A stretch of 63,871 nucleotides of DNA, filler included, from Rhabdomonas costata (lineage: Eukaryota): NCBI GenBank assembly GCA_019059605.1. It is 54 parts of 54 records of this genome, joined end to end, with 100 filler letters (N's around TTAATTAATTAA, not from the genome) between each part and the next. Parts side by side here need not be neighbours in the genome. Positions count along the whole stretch, not along the records: positions 1 to 1,085 come from JAHMHO010029386.1; positions 1,186 to 2,270 come from JAHMHO010029387.1; positions 2,371 to 3,455 come from JAHMHO010029388.1; positions 3,556 to 4,640 come from JAHMHO010029389.1; positions 4,741 to 5,825 come from JAHMHO010029390.1; positions 5,926 to 7,011 come from JAHMHO010029391.1; positions 7,112 to 8,196 come from JAHMHO010029392.1; positions 8,297 to 9,382 come from JAHMHO010029393.1; 46 more parts are not named here. The stretch is one strand, 5' to 3'. The notes under the pieces are model-generated. The model did not search any database. It worked only from the letters and a program-made list of their open reading frames with translations, and was not told where the DNA came from. Numbering within the stretch: position 1 is the first letter of the stretch; each line of letters opens with the position of its first letter. This document shows positions 1-11,334 of this stretch, piece by piece. A program made the translations under genes and the position numbers.

Positions 1-1085
1 GGTGGTGTTGTAGCTGGGCCAGTAGTTCCCCTGCGCTACCATCGCAGATGTCACGTCCGCAGCGTGGGAGTACCCCGGCATGACCTCGATCATGTGCAGG
101 AAGCCTGGCTTGGGGCCCTCACCCGGAGTGAAGAGCTTCATGTCCCCCGCTGAGAAGCGAGAGAAACGGAGAGGACAAGAACTCACAGGAAGAGATGAGG
201 TCACATCGAAAATAAACGTGTAAAGACGGGAAGACAGCACCACGAGAACAATGGATTTATTGTTTGGACGCGGGCATGAAGCGTCCTCCCAGATCCCAAG
301 TCGAATGTAAACCTTATTTCTTCGAAAAATAACGAGCCTTTCTTCCCATCCGTTGCTTACCCATCCACTGGTTGGGGTAGGTGCCAGAGCAGTGCTTCGC
401 AAAGATCTGGGTCCACTCGGCCGAGCTGCGGGCCAGTGCATTGCTTACCAGCACGCTCTGCCACGCCAGCAGCGACTTGGGGGTAACGGAGCTGTACAGG
501 GACTTGTTGAAGATGTTAGTCGAGGTCTCCGTCACCACCAGCTGCTGGTGGGGCAGCGGTAGTGCGTAGAAGTCGTCGGTGCTTTCCGCCTTTCCTGGAT
601 AGGAGCTGAACATGACCTTGTAGTGACCTACCGTCTGGTTTGGGGCTGTGAAATCGGGGTGCCCAGCCAGGTCGTAGTGCTTCAGCACCCGCAGCATGGT
701 CTGGTACCCAATCCAAGTAGTGTGTCCGACAAACACGTCGGTCAGCTCGTCGTTCACCTACCACAGCGCCGAACATGACACCCGCTTGTGCCATTCCAAG
801 AAGTGCTCCTCATCGGAGAGAAGATCCCACACCACACGCGTGCTCGAGTCCACTGCCCTTTGGATGCTGCTGAGATCGCCGTTCGCCTGCAGCAGCAGCA
901 CCTCGAGCCACGACAGCGCCTCCTTCGCCGGGGCAAAGAAAGCCTGGCCTGCGGCAATACCGTTCGTGAAACTCAGCATTCGCGCCACCTGAGTCCAGTA
1001 ATTGCAGCCCTTGGCGCTATGCTCCTCGGCCTGCGAGGAAGCCCACTCGTACTGGTCTTGGAAGAACTTCCACACCGCATTCGAG
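1..1085 (-). CDS. Phospholipase B-like (PLBD, Ntn-hydrolase) protein, partial; exons ~1085-361 and 149-1; one in-frame TAG at 760-758
   Basis: Translation shows QANGDL, SCSALW*VNDELTDVFVGHTTW, FSSYPG..ESTDDFY, VTETS, SGTYPNQWM, DMKLFTPG and YWPSYN, all matching PLBD family motifs. GT-AG intron 360-150 joins G+CG in frame. Confidence 0.92.
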
Positions 1086-1185
1086 NNNNNNNNNNNNNNN
1101 NNNNNNNNNNNNNNNNNNNNNNNNNNNNNTTAATTAATTAANNNNNNNNNNNNNNNNNNNNNNNNNNNNNNNNNNNNNNNNNNNN
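1086..1185. other. Artificial contig-joining linker (first of ~53 copies, one every ~1185 nt)
   Basis: N44-TTAATTAATTAA-N44 recurs at near-constant spacing through the window; the 12-mer has stops in all six frames. Confidence 0.99.
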
Positions 1186-1316
1186 TTGTGTGCAGGTTGG
1201 ATTCGATGAAGTCCCCCTTGTTTTCTTGTCTTCGCGCGCTCGTGTGTGTGTGTGTGTGGAAACACGAAAACAGTCACAACGGGTGAAACCCGCGAAAAAC
1301 AGCTCACGGGCACGCA

Positions 1317-2084
1317 CCCCCGAATCCACCGCGCCAGCTCCAGGGTCGCGTTTGGGGCTGAGTCACGGGACCACCGGCCGTACTCAGGCGCCGCCCGTGC
1401 GGTGCACGCCAAGCCGTGCCTCAGGCACAGATGGGAGGAGGACTCCCCACCCCGCAGCTCGGCCTCGAGCTGTGCGGGGTCTACATGGCTGCGGCCGTGG
1501 TACTCCGGGTGCCATAGTTTGTTGTGGAAAAGCCGGAGGTAGTGCGGCCGATGGTCAGCCCTATGACAGGAAGACCCCACATACAACGTAATCCCATGAA
1601 GCAGCAAGACGGGATTCAGAAGGGGGGGGAATTACTTCCACAGGTCGACAACCGATAACTTGCGACGCGGCAATTTAAGGTTCGGTTTCTGCAGTGCAAG
1701 CAACCCAAACCTCACGATTCAAAAAGCGTAGGACCGGATGATACTGCTGCAGGACTGACCGATGTACGTATGACACTGCTGCAGGACAATACCGGCGTTA
1801 TACACGCTGTACGAACCCCCCCCCTCCATCCAAACTTGTCCGAGCACAAAATCGTCGGTCTGTGATTGACAATGATGGTAACACCACACACATACTCTCA
1901 GGCATGGAGAGACGCTGAGTGGAAGAAAGAGGAGGAAAGACCTCCAATAAGGAGCCTTCAGCAGAGCTGAGGTAATGTCCAGCCGCCATTCGCGGTACTT
2001 GCATCGCTCTGGGGATGCCTCGGAACAGCCCATTCTCCTCATTTCTTCGACATCGGGTCCACCGACGACCTGCACCCTCCCCAT
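1317..2084 (-). CDS. Exon fragments of an unidentified protein
   Basis: GC3-rich open stretches (~2084-1945 and ~1550-1317) flanked by intron-like sequence; no recognisable domain. Confidence 0.4.
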
Positions 2085-3020
2085 CCATTCATATATAGCA
2101 ATGGGCTCAGAAAGGCCATTGGGTCCACCACTGCCATTTAGTCACCAGGGCTTCAAGGCAAAAGGTATCATTGACCATCTGTGTTCATGTACTCAAATTC
2201 TCGCGCTTTAAGTTCGATCCAAAAACGCGCAAAAAAGACAGAATGGTCCTGGCCACTTTCCCAAACAAAANNNNNNNNNNNNNNNNNNNNNNNNNNNNNN
2301 NNNNNNNNNNNNNNTTAATTAATTAANNNNNNNNNNNNNNNNNNNNNNNNNNNNNNNNNNNNNNNNNNNNGTTGTTTGTGTTTGCTGAACCCGTTGTTGT
2401 AGCTCTATTGGGTTTGTGCGGTTATTTGGTCATCGACGACCTCTGTGCCGTGGCCAGGACCCCAGTCACTCGGCACCGAATGGGGAGACGTTCTCGGCGC
2501 GGCGCATGATGGGTCCCAAACAGGCGATGTGCGATGACACTCCGCTTCCAAATGCAGCATGATACAGTGCGGTTATTGGCGGTGATATGAAGCTCTGCCT
2601 CTGCTTGGGCTGCTAATGTGTGCGTGCGTATGTGTGCGTGTCGGAAGAAGTGAGGTTGGCATATGCAACATTGATGGTATGGATGGTCCGTTATGAACGT
2701 AGGACGCCTCTCCCCCACAGGAAGGTTTCACCAAGCAACGCCAAGCAGGCGTTGCCTACCAAAAGCCTGTTCTATACAAACCAAACTTATAAGTCCACTG
2801 ACACCAGTTGAACTGACTGCCTAGGGTTGCAGAAAAGGCGGAAGCCCCTTCCCTCCTCTCTTTCGCCCTCCTATAATAGCCCCGGGGGGGGGGGGCGAGT
2901 AGGGCGAGAGGACTTCGCCCCATACCGAATCTTTCGAGAAAATTCCGGTTTTTTCCGAAAAAAATTAGATCTCTGTGCTATAATAACGTTTATAATGATG
3001 ATGACTTGCCCCTTGCACAG

Positions 3021-3322
3021 GTTTCGGGTTGGCATCAACACGGACTCCGTGTTTGTTGGGAACTTCGGATGCGACCACCGCATCAGCTACACGGTGCCTC
3101 TCGCCCCTTCCCGTCTTTGCAACCCCTTTAGCACCACCGGACCCCAACCCCTCTTTCCACCTCTCTCCCTGTAACTTCCTGTTTCCATGGGACGACTTGG
3201 CGAACTTAACGTTTTCCCTTGGGTATTGGCTGTTGCTCACCTCCCGCGAAAAACACACGCACTCCCCACAGGTATTGGGGGATGGTGTCAACTTGGCAAG
3301 CCGCCTGGAAGCCGCAAATAAG
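3021..3322 (+). CDS. Class III adenylate/guanylate cyclase catalytic domain, two exons (3021-3093, 3272-3322)
   Basis: FRVGINTDSVFVGNFGCDHRISYT|VLGDGVNLASRLEAANK contains the GDxVNxASRLE signature; cag/gt borders are in phase. Confidence 0.93.
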
Positions 3323-3555
3323 GTGCGCTCATTGCTCTCATGAATCCTGATGAACTCTCCCCCTATTGCATCTGGCGGTTTGCGCGGACGACAAAACTGA
3401 AAGGCCCTTTCAGTGTGGTCAATGGTACACACCCCACCCAAACTCTCCTAACACANNNNNNNNNNNNNNNNNNNNNNNNNNNNNNNNNNNNNNNNNNNNT
3501 TAATTAATTAANNNNNNNNNNNNNNNNNNNNNNNNNNNNNNNNNNNNNNNNNNNN

Positions 3556-4640
3556 TTGTTGTGTTATTCCTCGATGAATCCCAGATGCATGGCCGGGCCC
3601 GGCAGCGAAACGATGTGGAGCTAGTGCGGTTCTCCGTTTTGTCGAGGGCAGTATCGTTTATTCAGGAGCTTGACCAAGACCCGATTTCACTTGCATCATG
3701 GACCTCCGCCATTCATTTTCTCAACGAGGCCTTGCTGCGGCTGTGGATCTCGGCTTACAACGGCGGTGACTTGGACCACCGGTCTGCTCCGCTGAGGCAG
3801 CGAGTGTACCGACACATTGCGGAGGTGGTGGCTTGTGAACATTTGCTATGCACCGATGTGTTTGACGCGGTGACTCGTGACATTGCTGCCCTGCTGCAGC
3901 CCTTCCTTGATATGGAAGCCCAGCTTGGTCCTCGGTGTCTCCTGGTCGTAAAAGTGAGTGAGGCGAGAGCTTCTTCTGGCTTGGTAGAGTGTATCATTTC
4001 TCCTTCCACCGCTTTTGATGATTACGCGGCGAAATTACTAGCCAGTGTGGATGACCACGATTGCGAAGCGCTGCTCAGCGCCTTGTGGAGGGACCGTAGC
4101 GTTGAAGTTTACCGGCATTTGTCCGCGGCCTCCTCATTCCAGGCTACACTTCACAGGGCTCTTGCATATCGCCTTTCTAATAAAGAAGCTCTTTCCTTTA
4201 CCATTGACCAGTCTTTGCGGCATTTGGGGACCATAGACGGTGTGCTCGCCGAAGACCTTCGCAATCGACTTCAACATCTCTCAGCTTCCTGGAGTGTTTT
4301 GCGAGACCTTGTGGAGCAGCTAGAAGAATGCCCCGGTATACGACACGCTCTATAGCAGAGCGAGAACGTTGAGCACGCCCTTTTGATTCTTAAAATTGAT
4401 GGCACCACACCCCTGGTGCATATTTTGCCCATTCTGTGGCCCGATGACATTTCCCACACAATTGAGGAGATACTTCGCGGTCAGCATGAGCGCCTTGTCT
4501 CGACCGCGCTGAGAATGGTCGCCTTTTTGGAAGATCAGCGTGGGGAGACCAGTGCCTGCTTGCTCTGGGAGAGAGCTTTGTGTCCCGCTTATATCAGTGT
4601 CCTTTAGTAAAGTCTTTCCACGACTGGTGCTACCAACAAA
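3556..4640 (+). pseudogene. Intronless coding-like frame of a large unidentified helical protein, interrupted by TAG (4353-4355) and TAG-TAA (4605-4610)
   Basis: ORFs 3561-4355 and 4383-4607 are in the same frame and read as protein-like sequence across the stop; codon usage is less GC3-biased than the host exons. Confidence 0.5.
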
Positions 4641-4906
4641 NNNNNNNNNNNNNNNNNNNNNNNNNNNNNNNNNNNNNNNNNNNNTTAATTAATTAANNNN
4701 NNNNNNNNNNNNNNNNNNNNNNNNNNNNNNNNNNNNNNNNTTTTGGTGGTGAGCACGAAGGGGAGAACCTCATTGCAGGCACCAAAGGAAACGCGATTGC
4801 CTCATCCCTTGCCGGTGATGTGCGGGAGTGCTGGACAGCCTTCTCTGCTGGGCTCACAGTGTAGAAGGGAGGGGAAATGCTTCTTTTCCCTGATGGACAG
4901 ATGTAG

Positions 4907-5774
4907 ATGCCAACCTTCGGTCGGTGGTGTCCGACCTCACCAGCATGGTGAACCAGCTGACCTCCCGCAACGCTGCGCTGGAGAAAGAGGCGAAGGACCG
5001 GCTAACGCTGGAGGAGAAGCTGCGGGCCCAAAGCGAGGCCTTCCACGCCAAGATGCAGGGTGTCCTGAGCGCACCAAACCCGCCTCCCTCGTAGCCCGGC
5101 TCTTCGGGATGGATGGAAGAGATAATATTTATCGAAAAATCAAAATATTTATCGACACAAAATACTCACCACTCTCAGCACTCTCAGCACACACACCGAC
5201 CCAAGTGTCCAAGCGGTCCATATTTTTTTAAGGAGTGAGCGCGGGCAGGCCGTGGTATGACGCGGGAAGCCTGGACCCATTTTGGGGGGAAACTGTATAA
5301 AAAACCTCGGCACAGGCAGGTGGGTTTGTGCATACGCTCGATGAACCAACCGCTCAGCTGGGGAAATGAGCGGGGTCCACAACTGGATATTCTTTCCTGC
5401 ATCTATTTAACATGGTTAGGCGAAAGGCAACAGTTGCGTTCACCGATTGAAAAATGCTAGGCAAACTATTTCCTGGTTCCCCTTCTTCTTCAGCGTTTTT
5501 TTGCCTTGGTGATGCTTTGGAAAGTTCTCATGCAGTCAAAATCTGAACTGAATGTGTCGGTGTCTGCCCACGAGAGGAAAGGGATGGCGCTGACAAGCGG
5601 TGCGATGTTTAGCTGCGGTGTTTAGCTGCCCTCACATCTGCGTTATTTGGCTGCTCAGCGTTGACCCAGCAGGAGGTCGAGCTGAGCCACCGCCGAGCGC
5701 AACTCCAGCTCCTGACTGGCCGTACTCAGGAGCGCCTCAACGAGCTCTCTCGGAAGATCTCCCCCAAGCGAAAG
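4907..5774 (+). CDS. Coiled-coil hypothetical protein, two exons (4907-5059, 5659-5774)
   Basis: ANLRSVVSDLTSMVNQLTSRNAALEKEAK...MQ|ALTQQEVELSHRRAQLQ; the phase-1 GT-AG intron splices in frame. Confidence 0.7.
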
Positions 5775-6381
5775 GTGTGCCTGTGTGCCTGCCACTCGCG
5801 CCGAAGCTTGCCGACAAAACCCCCCNNNNNNNNNNNNNNNNNNNNNNNNNNNNNNNNNNNNNNNNNNNNTTAATTAATTAANNNNNNNNNNNNNNNNNNN
5901 NNNNNNNNNNNNNNNNNNNNNNNNNGGTGTTGGGGCAATAAAATAGCAACTCCTGCTTCGAAGGAGGGAGCATTCGGCATTCGGCCGATTGGCATGGTTG
6001 GCACCCGTGCAATGACTAGTGTTGTTCCCAGTGTGGTCTCAAGGTCCTAATGATCCGTGTTTGGAAGTGGCGGCCATGGTTCAGCTGTGATGCCCACCGC
6101 CCTCAAGACAGATGACATGCATTTTTTCTTTGCAAACTTAAACTCGCGTGCAATCTTGCCTTTTCAAGCTCTTGCATTGAGTTGAGATGGCAGATGCGAT
6201 GTGAGAGGTGCAGTGAGGCAAGGTTTTCTTCTTCGAAGGTTACCCTTGTTACCCTCGTTTCGCCGCAGCAAAAACCAAGGGAAAACACACAAAGGAGTTT
6301 CAGGCCTCAATGGGTTTCACAGAAAGAGAAGGAAAAATGGGACAAAAAGTATAAAAAACGGGAAAGAGCGCGCGGGAAGAC

Positions 6382-6510
6382 CTTCGCGAGCTTCTTGCGG
6401 TTGCGCTCTTCGTAGTCCAGGCGGTGCTGGATAACTCGGGAGATCATCCGAGACGCCGTCAGGGAGTTGCCGCTGTTGACCTCCCGGAAGATCCCCATCT
6501 TCCGGGGAAC
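6382..6510 (-). CDS. Single exon of a hypothetical protein
   Basis: cag|VPRKMGIFREVNSGNSLTASRMISRVIQHRLDYEERNRKKLAK|gt, GC3-rich. Confidence 0.55.
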
Positions 6511-7489
6511 CTGCGCACTCCCACCCTCCATCCCGCAGCGGCATTCCCACACAACACCAATGTGAGTGCAAAATGGGAAAAGAAACAGGAGTTCAACCGC
6601 ACTCAAGCCTCAGAGACTCATTCTCTTTCAGTTTGCCCACAGCAGACGGAATGTGAAATCGTCGGAACACTGTGACGTTCTTCCTGACCTGAAGTCTACT
6701 GTCTCTACTACTGCCTCTCTTTCTGTGAACACTGGGGCTGGACACAAAGGTCGCTCTCTGCTGAAGTGGTGCCCCCGAAATGGTGCTTTCATACCAAACA
6801 CACTTTGTCGTTCGGTCCCAGAGTGGAGGAGACACATCTCGGTTGGTTCCTGAACAGTCATAGTTCCAGAGTTCCAAGGGACAAACGGGCCTATGCCTTC
6901 CAGGAACGCTCAGCGGCCCTTCACGCGGCGATAACCCTTTCACAACACACACATCAGGTCCACAGGGGTGTTTACCGTGCAGACCACACCCCCCCAACCA
7001 CACCCACCACANNNNNNNNNNNNNNNNNNNNNNNNNNNNNNNNNNNNNNNNNNNNTTAATTAATTAANNNNNNNNNNNNNNNNNNNNNNNNNNNNNNNNN
7101 NNNNNNNNNNNGGTTTTGGGTGTGACAGCCGCGACGTGCTGTGAATGGACTGAAACCACAGATGTGGTCAGAAATATGCCCGTTAATAACGTCTTCCGTG
7201 ACGGGAAGAACAGGAGCGAGGGAAACTGTCGGCGCAAAGGCTGTGATCAAGGTGCTCTGTGCTTGGGGCTATCCTGAATGCATCAGCAGTGGTTGCTGTC
7301 TTGGAAGAGGGGTGCGAAATGGAATTACCTGTGCGCATCTTAGCGGAATGGATGGAACTGCTCCTTCACGTTTCCAGACTCGCGGCAGGCCCACACCTGC
7401 GCAACCTGATTGGTAGAAGGTGAGTTGTTGTTGCCGAGCTTTGGCTTGAGTTCGGACCTCTGGCGTGCTACATACGGCTCATCTCGCAG

Positions 7490-7863
7490 CTGGCTGGAAC
7501 GCCACGATCAAGTTCAGCTTCAGCATTGGGAGTGAAGAGTACGACCACATCGGCCAGATCATGACCCTGCCCTACAGCCTGGTGTGGCGAGTGAGCGTGG
7601 TGATCTCGCTGACTCAGCTCTTCGCGGACATCAACGCTGCGGCAGGGCGGATGCTGGCCTACACCGCGGTCGCCATCGCTGTTCTCGCGGTGAGTGCTGG
7701 GCTGCTGATCTCGTTCCTGGTGACGGCGCCTCTGATCATGCTTAGCCACCAGATGGAGGATGTAGCTGAGATGAATCTTGAGGTGATCAAGCAGAAGCGG
7801 AGCCGGTTCAAGGAGATCTCGGACATCCAGGCGTTCTTTGGGACGATGGTCAACAAGCTGATG
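7490..7863 (+). CDS. Exon encoding the end of a sensor domain, a transmembrane helix and a HAMP-like linker, as in receptor-type adenylate cyclases
   Basis: WRVSVVI...hydrophobic AVAIAVLAVSAGLLISFLV then TAPLIMLSHQMEDVAEMNLE...SRFKEISDIQAFFGTMVNKL; cag/gt borders. Confidence 0.75.
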
Positions 7864-8131
7864 GTATGGATTTTGATTGCCGATGCGTTTCCAACTTCAT
7901 GACCACAGTGGTACTGGGTATTGTATTGACCCAACAATTGACCAGGTTTCTTTCCAGCAGCTTGCGTGTGCTGTGAGAAGTAGGCCAGATTTTCCGGGGT
8001 CGGCAGGGTTGTTCCCTATTCATTCAATCGACAACACTTGGTCACGCACAGCACACAGTATCCCGGCACGGGCTGGCATTGTCCATCCATTAGTTGTCCA
8101 TCCAGTTTAGTCCAAGATGCCTCGTTGTTTC

Positions 8132-8193
8132 GTTTTTTGCAGACGCATGGTTGCGAGCGGATATGTCGCAAATAAATTGCGTCTGCAAAAAAC
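8132..8193. repeat. Contig-terminal inverted repeat, 16-bp arms
   Basis: GTTTTTTGCAGACGCA (8132-8147) and TGCGTCTGCAAAAAAC (8178-8193). Confidence 0.85.
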
Positions 8194-8331
8194 ACANNNN
8201 NNNNNNNNNNNNNNNNNNNNNNNNNNNNNNNNNNNNNNNNTTAATTAATTAANNNNNNNNNNNNNNNNNNNNNNNNNNNNNNNNNNNNNNNNNNNNTTGT
8301 TGGTTTGTTTGTTTGTTTTTTCACGAGCAAG

Positions 8332-8386
8332 CAAACAAACAAACAAACAAACAAACAAACAAACAAACAAACAAACAAAAACAAAC
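8332..8386 (+). repeat. (AAAC)n microsatellite
   Basis: Read directly from the sequence. Confidence 0.95.
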
Positions 8387-8825
8387 ATGAACGAACAAAC
8401 GAATGTACAAACGAACGACGGTGGTTCCCGAAAGTGTAGGCTGATTCTTTTCCCCCGGTTGCGGTGCCTTCACAACGTGTTGCGGATATATGGTGCCCAG
8501 CGCAAGGACTGCTCTGAGACACGGGCGTCCCTGTCTCAATAGTCGGTTTTCCCATCCCGTGTCCGACCGTTCCGATATGCCGCTGGTCGCCTGGTGGTGT
8601 GCTTCCTTCCATCTTTGGCTCTGAAAACCCTTAGGACGTCTTGATTTGACCTGACTCCCATCGCGGATTCGAGATAGCCGTTTCGTCCCGCTGCCTTTCG
8701 CCGTAAACTGTCCCGGCGCTCCTGCTCAACATGCCTTCGACGCCCCCCCTTTTTGACCCCCTACCCTTTCGATTGCCTTTCATCGTATAACGATATAGCA
8801 ATCAACGATGGGGGGCTTCCCTCCG

Positions 8826-9022
8826 CACTTGGATGGTCACAATCCACAACGTCAGAAACATGGAGTCCCTCCAAATTGGCAACTCTCACTGCGCGCTTCT
8901 GCTTAAGAGGTACAGCTGTAGCATCAAACGCTGCACAACCTCTTCACTTATTAATGACTCCGACGCTCATGTGTCCAACAGAGCTCTCACTTGGATGGTC
9001 ACAATCCACAACGTCAGAAACA
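8826..9022. repeat. Perfect 35-bp direct repeat, two copies 162 bp apart
   Basis: CACTTGGATGGTCACAATCCACAACGTCAGAAACA at 8826-8860 and 8988-9022. Confidence 0.92.
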
Positions 9023-9059
9023 ATAGCGGCTGAGTGTGGAAAATCGTGTTGAGAACCCA

Positions 9060-9382
9060 TCCCATTCCTTGCCAACGTTTTGGTATGCAAGCACAAAAAG
9101 CGTACCGGGTAACTTCCCTTGCCTCTTCAAATGCTTCTTAAGATCACCACAGTTCGTCTAACAAGTCCTCAGATAAAGCATTCTAGGAATCTCTTCTGTC
9201 ACAACACGCCATTTGCAAAGCAGCGCTTTATATTGAGTCAGGATTGTGACATAACATCTCTATCACGCTTGTGTGGCACCACAATCTTCCATTAATACCA
9301 AATACGTCCATGATGCCACTGTGCCTGGTACATCAGCTCTGCCGTTGTCACGTTGAAGTACTTTCTCCGTAAGCTGTGTCGA
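9060..9382 (-). mobile_element. Possible decayed LTR-retrotransposon pol fragment (region preceding the integrase Zn finger)
   Basis: Minus frame reads ...HGRIWY*WKIVVPHKR, and an adjacent frame VIEMLCHNP, resembling the GxxYxxxRIVVP...H pattern; many stops and frameshifts. Confidence 0.3.
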
Positions 9383-10676
9383 NNNNNNNNNNNNNNNNNN
9401 NNNNNNNNNNNNNNNNNNNNNNNNNNTTAATTAATTAANNNNNNNNNNNNNNNNNNNNNNNNNNNNNNNNNNNNNNNNNNNNTGTTTTGGTTACCTTTTG
9501 TCCCGTTTGTGTGCCTGTTGCCTGCAACCCAATTCCCTGCCTCATTTCCTCGTTTTCCTTTTCCTTTTGCCCGCCCCTTCCGTTCATGTGTGTTCCAGCA
9601 CTGTGCCGTTTCCTGCACCGATACCCTGCGAGGCTGCCGTGACATTTTTTTTATATATAAAAACAAGTATTTCATGGATACAGCCCAAAACTGCGAAAAC
9701 GGGGCTGATTTATTTATTACAACCGCTTTTTTGCTTTTTTGCTTTTTTGCTCAGTAGATTAACCCACAGAAGGGCGAAAGGCTTACTCGCAGGTATTGGG
9801 ACAACATGGAGGTAAGGGAGGAGAGTGTCTGGGGAGACGGGCCCCCTCCCGTCCAACTTAGTAGGGTTAGGATCCGTCGACACCTACCTGCTACCTTTCG
9901 AGATCAAGAGAATTTGAGGGATGCGTTGATGCACCACCTGGCTGCGCGTGTGAATGTCGTCAAAGCGCAGCTCATATAGCCAAGCTCCCAAGCAGCTCGG
10001 TCCATTTGAGCTTCATCCCATCTTTACCATGTTTACGTGGCTCCTTGACGGACGGACGGGCGGGCGGAGAGACGGAGGGAGCAGGGAGCGTTTCGCAGTG
10101 TTTAGGTCAGTCCATTTCTTGATAACTTCCATACGCGTGCCAAATGAAGGGCGGGAAACGATCGCACCTTTGGTCTCGCCCGACCCGAAGAGGTTGCTCC
10201 ACTCGTCCATTGGTAACCCGTCCAATGGAGCACACCCCACGAGCGAGCTCACCCGCACAAAGCGAAAGAGAAAAGAAGAAAAGAACTGTCGTGTCGTATG
10301 ACAACTGAAAATTCCGAGATCAGGTGCTCAAAGTTCAGCGGACTACGGTAATCTCTTCCGGGAGAACGGCGGTTGGCACCATTGAATTGAAAAGTTGGTG
10401 GGAATCCACTTCACCCTACCAAATCACCGCTATCGTGGAATACAAAACCGTAAAACAATTGCCTCGCAACGGCATGCGCCACAGGGCAAAGTGCAAGTAA
10501 GTAACGTGTCTGAACTAACTGACGGCTTACTGTAGTATCTAAGGAACTTACATCAACAACAAAAAACNNNNNNNNNNNNNNNNNNNNNNNNNNNNNNNNN
10601 NNNNNNNNNNNTTAATTAATTAANNNNNNNNNNNNNNNNNNNNNNNNNNNNNNNNNNNNNNNNNNNNCACACGCAC

Positions 10677-11123
10677 CCCTCCGGACACGGGCAGGGTGGT
10701 GCCCAGCTCGGCGTAGCACAGCGCCCCCACCATGCACAGCGCCCCACCAAATACGTACGCCCCCAGCGCCAGCGGCACGCTCCCCACGTACTGCAGCACC
10801 ACCCCGGGGCTGATGAACAGCCCAGCGCCCAGCATCATGGACATCAGCATGCAGGTCCCGCGGAACACCCCGATACGCTCGCCGGGCAAGGGCGGTGGCA
10901 CCCGGCTGAGGCTCCAGTTGTCCGTCTCGAAGGTGGGCAGCGCGGACCAGGCCCGCGGGCGATGCGGAAGTAGGGGCTCTAGCTCGGTGAGCCGGAGAAT
11001 CGCGGTGGGGTTGTGGCTGGAGGCGCGCTTGCGGGCCAACTCGGAGCCAAAGGAGGGGATGCCGGGGGTGTTGGTCCGGCGGAAGGGTGAGTTCCCCGGC
11101 GGGGGCCCCGCGGCGGAAGCCAT
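10677..11123 (-). CDS. APC-superfamily (SLC7/LAT-like) amino-acid transporter, first exon
   Basis: MMLGAGLFISPGVVL and GALCYAELGTTLPVSGG motifs; ATG at 11123, GT donor after 10677. Confidence 0.92.
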
Positions 11124-11276
11124 GAGAACACTGGCTTCCCCGAATTAGGAAAGGACGATTCTGGACGCTGCTCGGCCTGGTCACAGGTTACCCGTCAGCA
11201 CCGGATCGGGCAGCAGGGAGAGAATTCAGGCCAAAAAGATGAAAAGAATGAAAAGAGAGAAGGGAGAGTAATCTGG

Positions 11277-11334
11277 GAATGACAGGCGGGAGACCTTGAA
11301 AGTGCGAATGACAGGCGGGAGACCTCGAAAGTGC
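11277..11334. repeat. Tandem 2 x 29-bp repeat upstream of the transporter start codon
   Basis: GAATGACAGGCGGGAGACCT(T/C)GAAAGTGC twice, one mismatch. Confidence 0.9.

Noticed and set aside
8826..9022. CRISPR-like repeat-spacer unit
   Set aside because: Only two copies, a 127-bp gap, no cas genes and a eukaryotic context.
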